A stretch of DNA of 64,000 nucleotides from a virus (Duplodnaviria > Caudoviricetes). The notes beneath the pieces are model-generated. The model was not told the DNA's origin. It did not search any database and worked only from the letters and a program-made list of their open reading frames with translations. Shown here piece by piece: positions 63,509-64,000 of the stretch (position 1 is its first letter; the number at the start of each line of letters is the position of its first letter). Both the position numbers and the translations under genes were made by a program. Location: positions 1 through 64,000 of IMG/VR virus record IMGVR_UViG_2928424016_000001; one strand, written 5' to 3'.

Positions 63509-64000
63509 ATGACGAAACGCACCCAAACACTCTTTCCCGGCCTTGTCGCCGCTCACTCCATGATGCTGTCCGACACAGCGTTGCCGGCTGATGGCGCGTC
63601 GGGTCGCTGGATCATGTTGTTGCCGATCGGATCGTTTTCCGGCCGGGATGGTCGCGGTCCTTATTCGGTCGACGGCATGGACGGCATGCAGGCGGTGATC
63701 GCCGCGACCGCGCAGCGCGCTGGCAGCGCCGACCTCGTGGTCGATTACGATCATCAGACGCAGTTTGCGGCCGTTCCGGGTGTCGGCGGGCAAGCGCCGG
63801 CAGCAGGCTGGATCAAGCAACTCCAAGCCCGTGCCGACGGTCTCTACGGCCTCGTCGAATGGACGGCAAAGGCTGCGCAGTCCATTCGCGCCGAGGAATA
63901 TCGCTACATCTCTCCGGTCTATCAGCACGATAAGAGCGGTCGGGTGCTGCGGCTGATTTCCGCCGGCCTTACCAACGTGCCCAATCTCGATCTTGCGGCC
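63509..64000 (+). CDS. Mu gpI-like protease (partial, runs off the window)
   Basis: LVVDYDHQT, AAGWI, YRYISP, LTNVPNL; homolog of 21094. Confidence 0.9.
   Translation, partial: MTKRTQTLFPGLVAAHSMMLSDTALPADGASGRWIMLLPIGSFSGRDGRGPYSVDGMDGMQAVIAATAQRAGSADLVVDYDHQTQFAAVPGVGGQAPAAGWIKQLQARADGLYGLVEWTAKAAQSIRAEEYRYISPVYQHDKSGRVLRLISAGLTNVPNLDLAA

Larger units (their letters stand above)
43226..64000 (+). mobile_element. Transposable Mu-like prophage 2 (truncated by the window); left end tentatively TG at 43226
   Basis: Same Mu gene order from repressor to protease; TGTTG terminus with repeated AA(C/T)TGGA(A/G)AA. Confidence 0.9.

Noticed and set aside
1-64000. CRISPR array, rRNA, integrase/att sites, contractile tail sheath, canonical parS (TGTTTCACGTGAAACA)
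   Set aside because: No regularly spaced repeats, rRNA signatures, tyrosine/serine integrase, sheath-sized gene or parS match was seen.

Overview
The window holds two tandem, same-orientation transposable (Mu-like) prophages. The genome is GC-rich and probably alphaproteobacterial (Rhizobiaceae-like; inferred from gene content). Prophage 1 (about 2.9-41.1 kb) looks gene-complete. It runs from an S24-type repressor, ner, a DnaA-C-like/ParB-like pair, transposase A/B and gemA to a Mor/C-like late activator. Then follow the M15 endolysin-holin-spanin cassette, terminase, portal, MuF, protease/scaffold and gpT capsid. It ends with a non-contractile tail (-1 frameshifted chaperone, tape measure, modular J-like tip) and a D12-class adenine methyltransferase. 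Prophage 2 (about 43.2 kb to the window end) is a mosaic relative, cut off inside its protease gene. A low-GC ASCH / P-loop kinase / GNAT / tail-anchored-protein module lies at the left edge, and small genes separated by REP-like palindromes lie between the prophages. The best lead for a new system is in both prophages: MuF carries a predicted RNase-like C-terminal domain with no immunity ORF after it, and is followed directly by a conserved, co-varying ~100-nt cloverleaf RNA (candidate RNA antitoxin or tRNA decoy). Comparing the two prophages also shows phage-specific late promoters with one shared geometry, phased TTTGAA/TTCAAA motifs, and antisense terminators at the A/B junction. No database searches or folding programs were run; family calls come from visual motif recognition.
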